NCBI GenBank assembly: GCA_951406725.2
Contig: OX597827.1
Span: forward strand, 45,322,001-45,386,000
DNA from: Octopus vulgaris
Lineage: Eukaryota
Direction: 5' to 3'
DNA: 64,000 bases
In this document: positions 1-14,321 of the stretch, piece after piece
Layout: each line of letters begins with the position of its first letter
Numbering within the stretch: position 1 is the first letter of the stretch
Program-made: the position numbers and the translations under genes
The notes under the pieces: model-generated
What the model was told of the DNA's origin: nothing
What the model saw: the letters and a program-made list of their open reading frames with translations, nothing else
Databases searched by the model: none

Positions 1-390
1 GAGTATTGGAAACACCTCACCATCAGTCTCTGCAATGATCCGATAGATTATGGAACTCAACCATCACCATCTGCTGTGCTGATAGGTAAACTGTTGGTAG
101 ATGGTGATGGTGATGGAAGTGGTGGGTATTGGTGATGGTGGTGGTGACGAAGGAGGTGGTTGGGATGTTGGGTGGTTGCCACACAAAACAGTGCTTCGAA
201 TATAGACATTCCATCGCACACACCCACACACATACACAGATACCTACACCCGTACACACATACGTATGAATTATATATATGTATGAATATATGTGTCTAT
301 ATATTCTTATACACGCACCAAATATACATACATTCGTATATGCGTATGAATATATCATACATGTGAATATGTTTGTATATATGTACATGC

Positions 391-483
<93 letters not shown>

Positions 484-528
484 GCGAGAGAGATAGAGAG
501 ATAGAGAGATACGTGTATCACACACATG

Positions 529-584
<56 letters not shown>

Positions 585-840
585 CATATATATAAATGTA
601 TTCATTTATATACGCAAACACACACGTACATATTCATATATGCCTCTCTGCATGTATATTTGAATACATATACATCCATATATTTATATATATTACAAAA
701 GTTCCAAATATATTTAGGTATGTGTATATAGATGTACTCACATATATATACATAAATATGTATATACACATATATATATATGCATATACCAATGTACATA
801 TATATGTATATTATATGTTTATATGTACACACACACACAC

Positions 841-878
<38 letters not shown>

Positions 879-946
879 TTATATATGTGTGTGTGTGTGT
901 GTGTTTATATATTTATACTTGCACACACACGCTCCTCTAACTGTTT

Positions 947-1210
947 TTGTTGCCAATGCCACCTCAGCGCTTCAGCTTCTACTGCCACAACCAAAACGCA
1001 TCACAACCACCACCACCACCACCACCGCCACAACCACCACCGCCACCACCACCACCGCCACCACCACCACTACCACCACCACCACCACCACCACCACCAC
1101 CACCACCACCACCGTCATCATCACCACCACCACCATCATCATCACTGCCATCACCAGCATCAGCACAATCGCTGCCGCCGCCGCCGCTGCCGCTGCCGCC
1201 ATTGCTATTG
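947..1210. repeat. Compound trinucleotide microsatellite (CCA)n/(CAT)n/(GCC)n
   Basis: Directly visible; explains the poly-Pro, poly-His and poly-Thr ORFs in three frames. Confidence 0.95.
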
Positions 1211-1677
1211 TTGCTGGTACTTCTTCCTCTTCTGTACCAGACACTGTTACCTACGTTGATGCCATTGTAGGCAAATACAAATATGGAGCGGTGTGGACAA
1301 CGGGAGAGAGAGAGAGAAGGCGGCGGCCTCTCGCTTGTAGTGTTATGTTTATAATATATGCAAGATTGTGTTTGCGTTCATGTGTATGTGTGCGTGTGTG
1401 TGTGCGCGTGTGTTGGTGTGTGTGTGTGTGTGTGTGTGTGCAGAGGGTTGTCTGTGTATTTGCTTCTCTTAACCCGAAATCGAACGCGGCCTAATTTGGT
1501 TGCCAAATAACTTTGTAATCTACTGGCAGAGGTGAAAATTGATTAAGATATCTGGTGATTGATTGATTTCAGCTCCTTCCACGTGTGTGCATGGACGTGT
1601 TTGTTTATATATATGTATATATTTATGTGTATATATATGTGTATATATGTGTATATACATATATATATATATATGTA

Positions 1678-1739
<62 letters not shown>

Positions 1740-1760
1740 TTTATAATTTATACACATATA

Positions 1761-1806
<46 letters not shown>

Positions 1807-1838
1807 CATAAACATAATATACATAGATACCCACATAA

Positions 1839-1875
<37 letters not shown>

Positions 1876-2480
1876 CGCGTGCGCGCAGACACACATATTT
1901 ATATTTATGTATAAAGATTGATGTTTACTGTTAAATGCATATATACATACATATACATATGTATATATAAACGAATGTATGTAATAATTATGTATGTATA
2001 TGTGTATGTGTGTAAATATTATATATACTTACGTATACACATATACATCTGTGTCTATATGCGCGTATGTTTGTGTGTGTGCGTGCGTGTGAGTCTACAT
2101 CCTCGTGAGCATGCGCGCGTATATGTATATGTGTAAGGGTGCAATGTTTGCTTACACATGCAATGTCTAGTTATATGATACGGTACCTGAGGAAACACAG
2201 CCCGGATATAGGACGTTGGAGGGTGTTCATGACGGGGATGTATGGTGTATAAATAGCATATTTTGTTGCGGCGGTGGTGGTAGTAGTTGTGGTAGGAATG
2301 GTTTTAGTGGCGGCGATAGTTTGAGGCGATGGCTCCCTGTTGGTGTTGTAATGTTTTGTGGCAGTGTGCTGTGTATCGGTGTTTTTGTTATTTAACCTTA
2401 TATAATAAGACATTCCAGCAGTGATCTTCCTGTCATTTTTATATGTGTATCAAACACAGGACCATATTATCCAACGCGTG

Positions 2481-2778
2481 AAGGCACATGGCTTAGTGGT
2501 TTGGGTATTTGGCTCACGATCGCTGGGTCGTGAGTTCGAATCCCGGCGGCGCGTTGTGTCTTGAGCAACTCGCTTTGTTTCACGTTGCTCCAGTCCACTC
2601 TACTGGCAAAAATGAATTGTACCAGTAATTCAAAAGGCTAGCCTTGTATATATGTGTCACACTGGCTTTCCCTAAGAACTACGTGAAGGGTGCGAGTGTT
2701 TGTGGAATACTCAGCCAGATGCACGTTAATTTCACGAGTTTATTGGATCAACTGGAATTCTCGTTGTCATAACAGAGT
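2481..2778 (+). mobile_element. tRNA-derived SINE, family B
   Basis: A-box-like TGGCTTAGTGG and B-box GAGTTCGAATCCC; body (ttcacgttgctccagtccactc...cacgttaatttcacgag) matches copies at 34070, 43371 and 56277. Confidence 0.8.
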
Positions 2779-2789
2779 TCTATTTTTTT

Positions 2790-3340
2790 TTATTGTCCAA
2801 CGTGAGACTTGAGGGAGATTTTCTTGCTTTTTCTAGGAACCCGAGGGATCGCATCAAAGCTGGCTCACTTGTTGCATCATGGTGCTTTGAAATTCTTGTT
2901 CCTGTTAATCACAAATCAATCCTGATTGAGCAGACCAATCTTTAAAAGGCGTTCAAGCCATGGCCATCCCGACTTTTTTGTATGTCTGCAATTATGTTGG
3001 CTAATATGCTCTTCTCTTTTAAGACGATAATCGAAGGATTTGAGGAAGATTTGGTTTCTATACTAGAACTTTGAGTGATCACGGGAAGGCTTCGTCGACG
3101 TGATTAATGATTATGATGAGTGACATGTATGGGAATTAGTGCTGGTTATGACTGCGGCTGATGGAGGTATTGGCGTTTTATTGGCGTTGGTAGTGTTAGT
3201 GGTAGTAGCAGTATAGTCATATTTTCCTTTGATGTTTATACCCATATCAATCCTGATCGAGCAGATCGATGATCAAAATTAATCCATCCATGACCATCTC
3301 ACCTTTCTCTGATGTGCATGACCACATCATCCATCTGATG
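2790..3340. repeat. Diverged ~200-bp interspersed/tandem repeat, family D
   Basis: Recurring motifs ttgagggagattt, tcaatcctgat(t/c)gagcaga and ccatg(a/g)ccatc; reverse complement of the units at 6290-7590. Confidence 0.55.
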
Positions 3341-3403
3341 ACCACCATGCTTTTTTAAATCCTTTAGTATTCAGATTACTCTGTCAAATGTAATACTTAT
3401 TTA

Positions 3404-3822
3404 CTCTCTTTTATTCTTTTACTTGTTTCAGTCATGTGACTGTGGCCATGCTAGAGCACCACCTTTAGTCGAGCAAATCGACCCCCAGGACTTATTCGTT
3501 GGAAGTCTGGTACTTATTCTATCGGTCTCTTTTGCCGAACCGCTAAGTTACGGGGACGTAAACACACCAGCATCGGTTGTCAAGCGATGTTGGGGGACAA
3601 GCACAGACACACAAACACAAACACACACACATACGCACACACACACATACACACACACACACACACATACATATATATATACGATGGGCTTCTTTCAGTT
3701 TCCGTCTACCAAATCCACTCACAAGGCTTTGGTCGGCCCGAGTCTATAGTAGAAGACACTTGCCCAAGGTACCACGCAGTGGAACATAACCCGGAACCAT
3801 ATGGTTCGTAAGCAAGCTACTT
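3404..3822 (-). mobile_element. tRNA-derived SINE, family A (internal CA/TA microsatellite)
   Basis: Near-identical to the reverse complement of the full copy at 25004-25420; extreme 5' head missing. Confidence 0.9.
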
Positions 3823-4263
3823 TAAATCGTTTTGAATTAATCATGCATAATCAGCAGAATTCTGGTTTAAGCGGCCCATATAAGCCTCAACATTTTTTAT
3901 TATTTGGAATTTTCAGAAAATGTTTGCGAATTTATCTTTCTGCACAGGGTAATTCATACATTATAAAAAATTGTCAAAAAATGTTCTTTAATCCCTTATG
4001 TCACCTCTGAAAATCCTAAAAGCTGCACTCCTTTTGAATAAAAAAAAAATCGGAGTCTAAAATACGGACAGTCTGAAGTTTTTGTTTAAATCCCAGCAAT
4101 GGATCGCCCTTGGGTGCATCATCATTCCATTAATTGTGTTTATGGGTAGGAAAATATTGAAAAACGTCAATACATGTCAGAGTGACAAAGAAGCGTCGAA
4201 GATATCAGGTGGTCATGAGATGTACTAAAAATAAAAGCTGAATCGCCCTTAAATCGCACGCAC

Positions 4264-4294
<31 letters not shown>

Positions 4295-4317
4295 TGCACA
4301 CACACACACACACACAT

Positions 4318-4415
<98 letters not shown>

Positions 4416-4934
4416 TATTTTTATAATCGTATGAATTCCCAAGTGTAGAACATAGATTCGCAAAATTTTTCTGAAAATTCCCCAAAATAATAATAATAAT
4501 AAAAAAACCCCACTGGTATCGGGTGCTGAAACCAGAATTTCGCCGCATAATCTTGTAGCTTCAAGATTAATATAACGTGATCTCTTATCTATAGATTGAC
4601 ATTGTAGAATAGTCTAAGAGGCCCGATCTGGCTGGCTTGAACATTAAGCAAGTAAAATATTTTGGCCGGATTTGGTCGGTATAAATGCTAAACGGTTGAC
4701 ACAGCCGCCCAAAATTTGAGGGAGAATAAGCTGTTATATCCAGAAGAATGAAAGATTAAGCATCATAAAGGCAACGTCTTCCTCGAAGTGTTGGTGTTAG
4801 GAATGGAGTTATTGCCATTAGTGGTAGTGTTGTTATGGTGTTGGTGGTGGTGGTGTTGGCAGTAGTGTTGTGAGTGGTATTGGTGGCGGTGCTACTAGTG
4901 GTGTTAACGATGTTATTAGTGAGTAGTGTGAGGT

Positions 4935-4983
<49 letters not shown>

Positions 4984-5616
4984 GTGTGTGTATGTGCGTG
5001 TGTGAGTGTGTGTGTGTGTATGTGTGTGTATGTGTGTGTGTGTGTGTAAAAATATACCAGCTTGTCTGCCCTTTGTTTTTTCACATTTCCGATCTTTGCG
5101 CCGAGAAAATGAATATGAAAATAGAAATAAAAATAAAATTGAAACTAAAAATAAAAATAAGGATAAATAAACAAAAGAAATAAAAAAAAATAAACAATAA
5201 AATGTTCTACAGACATTTTGCACGTTAGCGTGATGCCAGCCGTTTTCTTGCCGACTTAACACCATAGTCTCCAATTACGGAACAATCTGTACCGTATTTA
5301 CTGACGTCACTAAGAAGCGAATATATTTATATCTAACATCTGATAAATCAATCAATTAAACACTTCGTTAATTGGTTATTGATTATGCCAGAATTGATCA
5401 AAGAAATACCTTCCTATATATTTTATTCTCCCTCCCTGTCTGTCTGCATGCATACATGAATACATACATGAATACACACAAACACTTACATGCATGTATA
5501 TGCATATATATACACATGCGTATGTATGTACGTATATATATGCATAAATGTATGTATATACATACATACACACACACACATATATATATATGTATATACA
5601 TACATACATATATATA

Positions 5617-5655
<39 letters not shown>

Positions 5656-5668
5656 TCACTAACACACT

Positions 5669-5708
<40 letters not shown>

Positions 5709-5771
5709 TATATATGTATATATTTATGTATGTTTCTATATATGTATGTGTGTATGTATTTATATGTATGC

Positions 5772-5844
<73 letters not shown>

Positions 5845-6289
5845 CGCATGCGTATGTGTGAGTGTGTGTGTGTGTGTGCGACTGCGTGTGTAAATGTGTG
5901 AATTCATCAGCAAAATATAGTTATAAAAAGCACACAGTATGTAAAGAAATACAGGAAACAACAGCAACGCCAACAACACCAACAACATCGACAGAACGCA
6001 ATCCCAGAATGCACCAGCGGCCGCTAATTGGGGGGGAAAATCGAAGTTACATCTTAATAAATACTTTGCGGTTTTCGCGAAACTCCAGCATGACCGCAGC
6101 TCGGTACTCACACTTCGCCAAAATAAATAAATAAACAAATAAATGAATTAATATATGAATATTGAACCTACGATAGCAGTAACCACCACCACCACCACCA
6201 CAACAACAACAACAGTTAAAACAACAATGGTAAACGCAGCGATCACGTTAACAGTAACAACACCGGTGTGATTAACAATAACAGCAGCG

Positions 6290-7590
6290 AGGGACCTTCT
6301 ATATGATCCGTGGAAAATTTCATAGAAGAAAGAGTAGTCAAATCTTTCTCTCAGGTAACATTTTGACCTTTGAAGAATAAAAGGAAGGACACATTGGATT
6401 GCATTAGGGCATGCACGCTTACAATACTAGCAAGGAGATCCTTACACAGTCAGTCGCTTGATCTGTGAGAAATTGTAGACGAAAGTTTACCTCAAATCAC
6501 TGTTTGCTCTCTTAAAGAAAGAGAGGATGGACACATTGTGTAATACAGTCCGAAATATATTCTGTCTGAAAAGAAAGACAGAGGATCAATGCTGTAATCT
6601 ATCAGAGCTGACTAAGGTTTAAACTTGGAAACGCGAGACAATGAAAGATCCTCTACCTGGTCTTCCTATCTGCAAGAAATGGAAATCAAATCTCCTTAAA
6701 TTTTACCGTACTGTCTTAGAAAAGGAATGAAATAGGGAAATATTGAATAATATAGTCCGGTAAAGACTTTACATCGAAAAAGAAGACAGGATGGTCACAG
6801 CTGGAATATCAGGTTAATCAAGGCTGAACCAAAAACTATACTGTAATTTTTTTACTATAGGTACAAGGCCTCACATGTAAAGGAGAGAATTATTCGATTA
6901 AACAACGACCCTTGCACTTAAGTGGTACTTTATTTCATAGATCCTGGAGGTGGGTGAGGATTAAAGGCAAAGTCGACCTCGACGGGATTTGAACTCAGAA
7001 CGTAAAGAGCAAGTAAAAATTCAGAAATATATTTTATCAGACACTAACGATTTTGCTAATCTGCCACTACCTTAATCAAAGAAGAACAACAACAGACACT
7101 AACGGTTCCACCATCAGCGACACCTCTACGTGGTCGCTCGACCTGTTAGAAATAGCAATCAAACCATCCTCAAGCCACCAGCTTTGCTATTATTTAAAAT
7201 AAGGTAAGACTGCATTAAATAAAGTGTTTTAGATGGAATGGCCACGGTTGGAACGCCTTTGATTACGTGTCTGTTTTGTCGGGATTTATCTACGACAATA
7301 ACAACAACATGAACAATAACAATGATTACGAGAAAACCTGTTTGTGGTAGATCAGCATGCTAAAAATAGCAACCAAATAGTTAAACAGCAGCGAGGTTTT
7401 CCTCGAATTGTACACCAACCATCTTGAAAAAAAAAAAAGAAACTAATCAAAAAAAAAATCAACAAATAAAAATAAAAACAATGAAGGAAGGACACATTAG
7501 ATAAAGAATTTGTAGAAAGGAATGGTAACTGGTGGAATGTCTGCCTTTGATCATTGGTCTATTTGATCGGGGATGAAATGAGACTAAACA
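6290..7590. repeat. Diverged tandem array of family D units, interrupted by a family C SINE
   Basis: Motifs cctctac..ggtc, gaaatagcaa.caaa, ggacacatt and atgg.cac...tggaa recur about every 200 bp. Confidence 0.55.
6855..7073 (-). mobile_element. SINE family C, diverged
   Basis: aaaggcaaagtcgacctcgacgggatttgaactcagaacgta is the reverse complement of the family C core at 59760. Confidence 0.75.
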
Positions 7591-8299
7591 GCAACAACAA
7601 CAACAACAACAACAACAACAGCTACAACACCAATAACAACAATAACAACGACAAACGGCATTTTGTAAGTGAAACCCGGATATAAAAAGGAAAAAAAAAA
7701 AAACAGAAAAAGGAGAGAAAACTACGAAAGAATAGAATGACGCAAAAAAAAGATATATATATATACAAAAAGGGGTATAAAAAAGAAAAGAAAAGAAAAG
7801 AGAAACCCTTCAGCAGTAAGTCAAATGCGTAGCAATTGGATATTAATGTGAAATGATCGGTTTTCAGAATGACATTCGATCACCATACATAAGCACAAGG
7901 TCTCATATCGATAAAAGTAGGGATGACATAGTGGTGACGGGAAAGAGAGAGAGGGAAGGAGATAGGTTGATCGACAAATGAGATCCACATGTGACCTACA
8001 TGAATTTGTGTGGTTCTCTTTTTTTTTTTTCAAGGTCATTCCTGAAGCTAACTGCAGATCGATAGGATATGTCTTTTCACCTTGTTATCGATGTTGCTGT
8101 AGTTGCTTAGTCCTAGTTCGGTGCTTCTCAACAATTTTTTTTTTTTACTTATGAACCCCTTTGATTACTTTTTTATTCAGGTGGACCCTAATTGCTATTC
8201 GATGTTTAAAAATCGTATTATATTTTTATTATCAAATATTATTAGGAATAACACACACAAAAAAGAAATTGTTAAAATATTTTGTGTATTTACTCTCTT

Positions 8300-8676
8300 T
8301 TTTTTACTCTATTACCCTTTTACTTGTTTCAGTCATTTGACTGTGGCCATGTTAGAGCACCGCCTTTAGTCGAGCAAGTCGACCCCAGGACCTATTCTTT
8401 GTAAGCCTAGTACTTATTCTATCGGTCTCTTTTGCCGAACCGCTAAGTTACAGGGACGTAAATACACCAGCATCAATTGTCAAGCGATGTTGGGGGACAA
8501 ACACAGACACACAAACATATGCACACACATACATACACACATATACATATACATATATATACATATATACGACGGGCGTCTTTCAGTTTCCGTCTACCAA
8601 ATCCACTCAGAAGGCTTTGGTCGGCCCGAGGTTATAGTAGAAGACACTTGCCCAAGGTGTCATGCAGTGGGACTGA
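8300..8676 (-). mobile_element. SINE family A, head truncated
   Basis: Same body as the other family A copies. Confidence 0.9.
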
Positions 8677-8704
8677 AGCTGATAAGCAAAGGTGCTATGC
8701 AGTA

Positions 8705-8783
8705 GAATCGAACTAAAGGCGGTGCTCCAGCATGGCCGCAGTCAAATGACTGAAACAAGTAAAAGCGTAAAAGAATAAAAGAG
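8705..8783 (+). mobile_element. SINE family A 3' tail fragment, inverted relative to the adjacent copy
   Basis: ctaaaggcggtgctccagcatggccgcagtcaaatgactgaaacaagtaaaag matches 25348-25400. Confidence 0.85.
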
Positions 8784-8850
8784 TGTTCGAAGGGCCTGAA
8801 ACGAGTCCAAGATACTACTCCTCCGCTCTGATTAAGCGATAAAACACACG

Positions 8851-8889
<39 letters not shown>

Positions 8890-9909
8890 ACACATATACT
8901 TACATGCCCCCACATACTCACACGCCCACCCACACACACATCAAGGACTCGTTATCAATGTCCTTCATTATTCAAGATGAACAAGGTGCGATTTAAGGGA
9001 TATTCGGCTGCAATTTTTAGGTAAAAAAATAGCGAAGAACCGTGGAACAGGAGAAGGGAACTTTCCCCACTCTTTGGCCAAAATTTCGCCAGTATGCAAA
9101 TCTGAAATTACTTCGCTGGTGAAGTTCTCAAAAGGACAATACGTTTCGAATCGGCTTTAAGCATAAAAAACAAAACAACAATTTAATACTTGTTGCTGTC
9201 AAACGCACCATAATGAATAAATGAAATAATCCAATTTTCCCGTTAAGGTTTGCCTTGTAATACTTACATGTATTCTTATCCTGTGACAGCAATCATCAAT
9301 GTTAAGATGACAACAAATTTTACGATAGTATGGGAAGACGTAGATTACTGTAAAATTGATGCATAGAACAAGCAGCGAATAATTTTCTATTTTTGACGTC
9401 AGTAAGTGATTTTGATTAAATCTATGAAATACCTAAGAGCATCGTTACTGAAGCATCACCATCTTTGGTAAGTTAAAATATAAACAACAAAACAATAACA
9501 GCAACTCCAAATCTTGCTAGTTTATTCATAAAAGTATTTTCGAAACGTCAACTAAATTCTAATACGTTAATAATGTGTCATTCCGTTATTCAATGGCAAA
9601 AATCTGTGCGTATTCTCTGGGAAATGAATAATGCAATGAAAGTGGTTAGAAAATGCACGAAGACCATAAAAATAAGGGATTGATCAGTGGAAAGTTTAAA
9701 GTCAAATTGAACGACTGTAATGTGTATCATGGTAACATGGTGATTCATACTGGCAATGGCGGGATCTGATCGATAAGTGTTTCTGTGAGTTGAAAGGATG
9801 AGAGATAAAGTGAAACGATCTAAGCATGTATGTATGTAATGTATGTATGTATGTAACGTAATGTCTGTATGTCTGTCTGTCTGTCTGCCTGTATGTATGT
9901 ATGTATGTA

Positions 9910-9940
<31 letters not shown>

Positions 9941-9964
9941 ATGTATGTATGTATGTATGTATAT

Positions 9965-10068
9965 CATTATTCAGTTTCATTTCAAAATTTCTTGCCAATA
10001 GAGAAAGAGCCGGTTTTAAACCTAGATCCAAGGCTCCTCCGTTGGAATTTCAACATCAGCAACAGGGT
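9965..10068 (-). mobile_element. ~100-bp element embedded in (TATG)n, copy 1
   Basis: Clearly homologous to 26019-26120 (aatagagaaagagc...aacctagatccaaggctcct...ttggaatttcaaca...caggg). Confidence 0.7.
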
Positions 10069-10107
10069 ATGTATGTATGTATATATGTATGCATGTATGT
10101 ATGTATG

Positions 10108-10139
<32 letters not shown>

Positions 10140-10189
10140 CTTATCTGGTGGTGAGCCTCCAGTTCGGGAGTTGCGGAGTTTTGGGGAGA

Positions 10190-10405
10190 GAGGAGACACC
10201 CGCTAATTATTACTTCCAGGGTCCCATCTAGTGCTAAATAAGGGGCAGAGGAGGCTTCTGTTGTTTTTAACAAAGCCGTGGGTGAAGGCAGCTCTTCTTC
10301 ACGAACGATACTCTGATATAAAACTTGCAGTCAGAGCAGTACCAGTCATATAGAAATGCTTTTCACTGAAACCTACTATGGCAATCGTGTAAGTGGCAAG
10401 AGTAC
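10190..10405 (-). mobile_element. Degraded RTE-type LINE APE endonuclease N-terminal fragment
   Basis: Hand translation LATYTIAIVGFSEKHF...GFV...PGSNN*R resembles the LA.Y.I.I..LSET.F...GVGF...GIN.R pattern; contains stops. Confidence 0.45.
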
Positions 10406-10533
10406 TGTAGAAGCTTTTGTCACTTAAATCCAATGATATAGAGAAGTTTCGTTATTACGTGACGGCCATCATCTGAAAGACGAGGCAATCATCATCATAT
10501 ATATAGGTAGTTATGTGTGTATGTATGTGTGTA

Positions 10534-10585
<52 letters not shown>

Positions 10586-10608
10586 CGTACGTATGTACAT
10601 GTATGTGT

Positions 10609-10660
<52 letters not shown>

Positions 10661-10706
10661 TTGTGTGTGTATACACACACACACAATATATATATATATA
10701 CATACG

Positions 10707-10779
<73 letters not shown>

Positions 10780-11416
10780 TTATATACTTACATGCATATA
10801 TCCGTATGTGTATTTGTATACATACATACACAATGCATTCACATACGCCCATGTTTATACAAACATCCATCCACACACACACACACACACACACACCATA
10901 TTAAAATAGGACTCACTGTAGATGGCTATGTTTCAGTCTATTCAATATTTTCAAACGAGTTCGGTTGAAAGCTCAACTATGGCCATTGATAATGAATACA
11001 ATTTATTTCATTTAAATATATAAATAATATTATTCTAGACCCGTCGAGAATTTTTCTAACCTCGTCTGGTATCTTTTATTGAAATTTACGTCCAGTCGTT
11101 AAGTAGCTTATAGCAGAATTTAATATAATACATAATATGATGTATTGTTATGATGTAGTACGATATATTATAATATAATCTGGTATAATATAAAATACAT
11201 ACACAGATAGATACATTAAACTACTGTTAAATATGTTGATGCCCAGGGTTGCTTTTCAGTAGATCTAAGCGTGGAGCAAAATATAGCTGTTAATATTGAC
11301 ATTTTGGCGTGTAGATGTTCTTTCAACCGACTGAAAGATGCTTGCAGATCCGCTCTACTAGAAAGGGCATTTAGGGTATTTTCGTGTTAATTTGACTGTG
11401 ACTTCTGTAATATATA

Positions 11417-11643
11417 TTGGTTTTGTCTGGAAAGTTCGTGCCGATTTTTAAAGGAAAGAAAAAAGTCAATAAATACTTGCCATTACATTTTTAATCAACC
11501 AAATATAAACCATTTTGTTGCACAATGCGTCTCCATCTTTCCTTTAACTTGAAAATACCTTCTCTCCAGAATTGAGGTGCCTGGGAGAGTAAGTCTAAAT
11601 GTAAGCTACTATAAAATCGGCACGAACTTTCCGGACAACCCAA
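11417..11643 (-). mobile_element. Internally deleted mariner (MITE)
   Basis: ~31-bp TIRs ttggttttgtctggaaagttcgtgccgatttt / aaaatcggcacgaactttccggacaacccaa, TA on both sides; retains the transposase C-terminus FWREGIFKLKERWRRIVQQNGLYLVD*. Confidence 0.9.
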
Positions 11644-12922
11644 TAATAATTTACACTCTACCAGCGGCATTGAGTATTCTTTTTTCCGTTTGTCACAGCA
11701 AAAACTGTTCAGCACAAACACACATGTAGACTGTGACTGGAATCCAAATAGTCTTGCTACGACTACCTGAAGGTATTTCTGTTGAACTAGCAATTGGAAT
11801 ACTCCAGATCGAAACCGGTAGATGAGTCATGTATTTTTTATACCACATAGTTATGGCAAATTTATAAGAATGAGTAGCAGAAATAACAAGTGGTCACCGT
11901 CTGTGGGAAAAGCAAATAGTTAAGTTGCTTCGATCAAACTTAGAATCGTAGCATAACTTTTAAGTCGTTACATCTTTCACTGCTTATACAGTCTATCTAT
12001 ATCTCTCAGTCATCGTAAAGTATGGCAAATATTACTAATGACTATTCTTCGCTGAGGAAGTTTAATAAGATCGAAACAAGTAAAGAACTATGTTACCTTA
12101 CTCACTAAATATATTCACTCTCCAATGCATGTCCATATTCGACTGCAATTAATTTTAATTTCAGAGTTGCCTACCTTCTCGATCAGAATTAAACATTAAT
12201 TTTAATATCCAATCCTGATTCTTCTTCGCACTACAGGTGTAAATTTAATGGAAGTAGTTTCATTACATAAGTTTTCTAAGCACCGATATAACTGTAGCAA
12301 TTTATTCTTGGGTGTAATAATATTTTCGCCTCTTAAGTGGGTTTTCTGAGGAAACTATATAGATTTATTTCGCTATGAAATGCAGGATAAATATCGTTGC
12401 TAAATAGAGTTCATTAATGTTATTTTACCGTAATCGTGTGTTTTTTGTATTAGAAATCTTTTTATGTCTATGTTTACTGAATTCAGGTAAGCAGTTTCAG
12501 AAGCTTAACGAGATGGTTGATTGCAATATTAATGGACTATTTTAGTTTCTGAGATCATGTCTTGATATCTAAATTAGCATTTATCTGGTTTTTATCTTCG
12601 GATTAATTGCTAATGAGACTTTAATGTATATAATGTGCGTCGTATTTCGATGTAATATCATAACAGTTGATATTTGTGTGGTATTGAAGTTACAAATTTT
12701 CATTTAAGCATATTTGCTTAAAGAAGCAACTGGAGAATTTACGAGCCATCGAAAGACAACCTCATAGGTGACCACTTGGACTTCTTGAAGGAACAACCAA
12801 ACAACCCTTAAATTAGATCCTAATGTCTTAAAAAGAGGAAACGATACGTTGAATAAAATGTGATATATAAAAATTGCAGCGTAGTCACAGCTGAAAACTT
12901 GTTATTAGGACGTACCTGGGAT

Positions 12923-13030
12923 AGGTATGGCTGTGTGATTAAGAACTGTGCCTCGCAGTTACGAGGTTTCAGTTTCGACTCCACTACAGGGTACCTCGGC
13001 AAAATCTGTCCTGAGTTGATAAAATCCACG
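12923..13030 (+). mobile_element. Diverged SINE family A-like head
   Basis: tggctgtgtgattaag...gtttcgactccactac...ggtacctcggcaa resembles the family A tRNA-like head. Confidence 0.55.
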
Positions 13031-13987
13031 TGAAAGAAATTTGCCACATCTAAGCATCGCCCTCTGATCATTGGGTGCCCCTTAGTGGAATCGACACTGT
13101 TGTAAACATTCGGGTTCGGTCTTCTGTAAAGAGTTAACTTCTTGAAGGGTCTGAATAGGGTTATAGTCACTCCTGTGATTAAGCCATTAAAAAAAAATTA
13201 CGAGTAGCTACAACCTAATACTATAAAACATTTAATGCTAAGAACGCTGCATTTTTTAACAGGGCTTTTTGGTGTGTACTACAATGCGAGTTACACTATC
13301 CAATAATCTACTCCTACAATTTTTGTTAAAGAGACTAAGTGTGGTTTGAGGTAGATTGCTGCTGTTTCTAGCAGGTTGAGACACGATAGCATAAAGGTAC
13401 CTATGTTGATAGGTATTAGATGTTAGAAATGTTATAAACTTCAAATTATCAAATATACCCCACCTCGTTCGGGTCCTTTTTTGCATCACCTTCATCCCTT
13501 CCCGGCTCATACAATTTTAGGAATGCCCCTGAATGCCGTACCTTTTACAGTAGACAGCCATCAAGACAGAGGCGAACTAGATTGGCAAATAGCAATCAAA
13601 CACGTAGAGACTAAAATCCCATCAAGGCAATTTTCTTCTTCGTGCATCTACTTAGAGTTTTTACAGCTTCATGTATGACTATTTGTTTTATCCAAGATCA
13701 GCTGGTTCGGCTTTCTGAGATGAATTGGCATTCTAACCCCAAAGTGCCGTAGGTGATGTTCTGTCCTAATCTGACAAAGGCATAGAAAATATCTTTTCAC
13801 TCAGCAACAAGTCTAACGGCTTCTGCACTTAACATGACTTTCTTTTCCACTATTCAGGTATCTAATTTCTGGTGTCTTTTAAGTGAATTTACCGAGAGCG
13901 AAAAGACAAATGTGTATATATTCGCCTTTTGGCTCTCGGAATATTCTCCTTGAAAGACAGCAGAATATATATATATATATATACATG

Positions 13988-14020
<33 letters not shown>

Positions 14021-14192
14021 GCATATGTATATGTTCACACACACACAGATATATATATATATATATATATCTGTGTGTGTGTGAACATATACATATGCAT
14101 ACATATATATATACGTATATATACATATATATACATATATATACGTGTATGTATATTTATATACATGCGTGTATATGTATATACATGCATAC

Positions 14193-14226
<34 letters not shown>

Positions 14227-14289
14227 GTCTATACATATATATATATGTATATATGTATATATACATATATATATGTATGTGTATATATG

Positions 14290-14321
<32 letters not shown>

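Noticed and set aside
823-1494. 223-aa poly-Thr/Ala ORF and the overlapping poly-Pro ORF as a mucin- or formin-like exon
   Set aside because: Open in several frames only because of trinucleotide repeats; no domain or convincing splice context.
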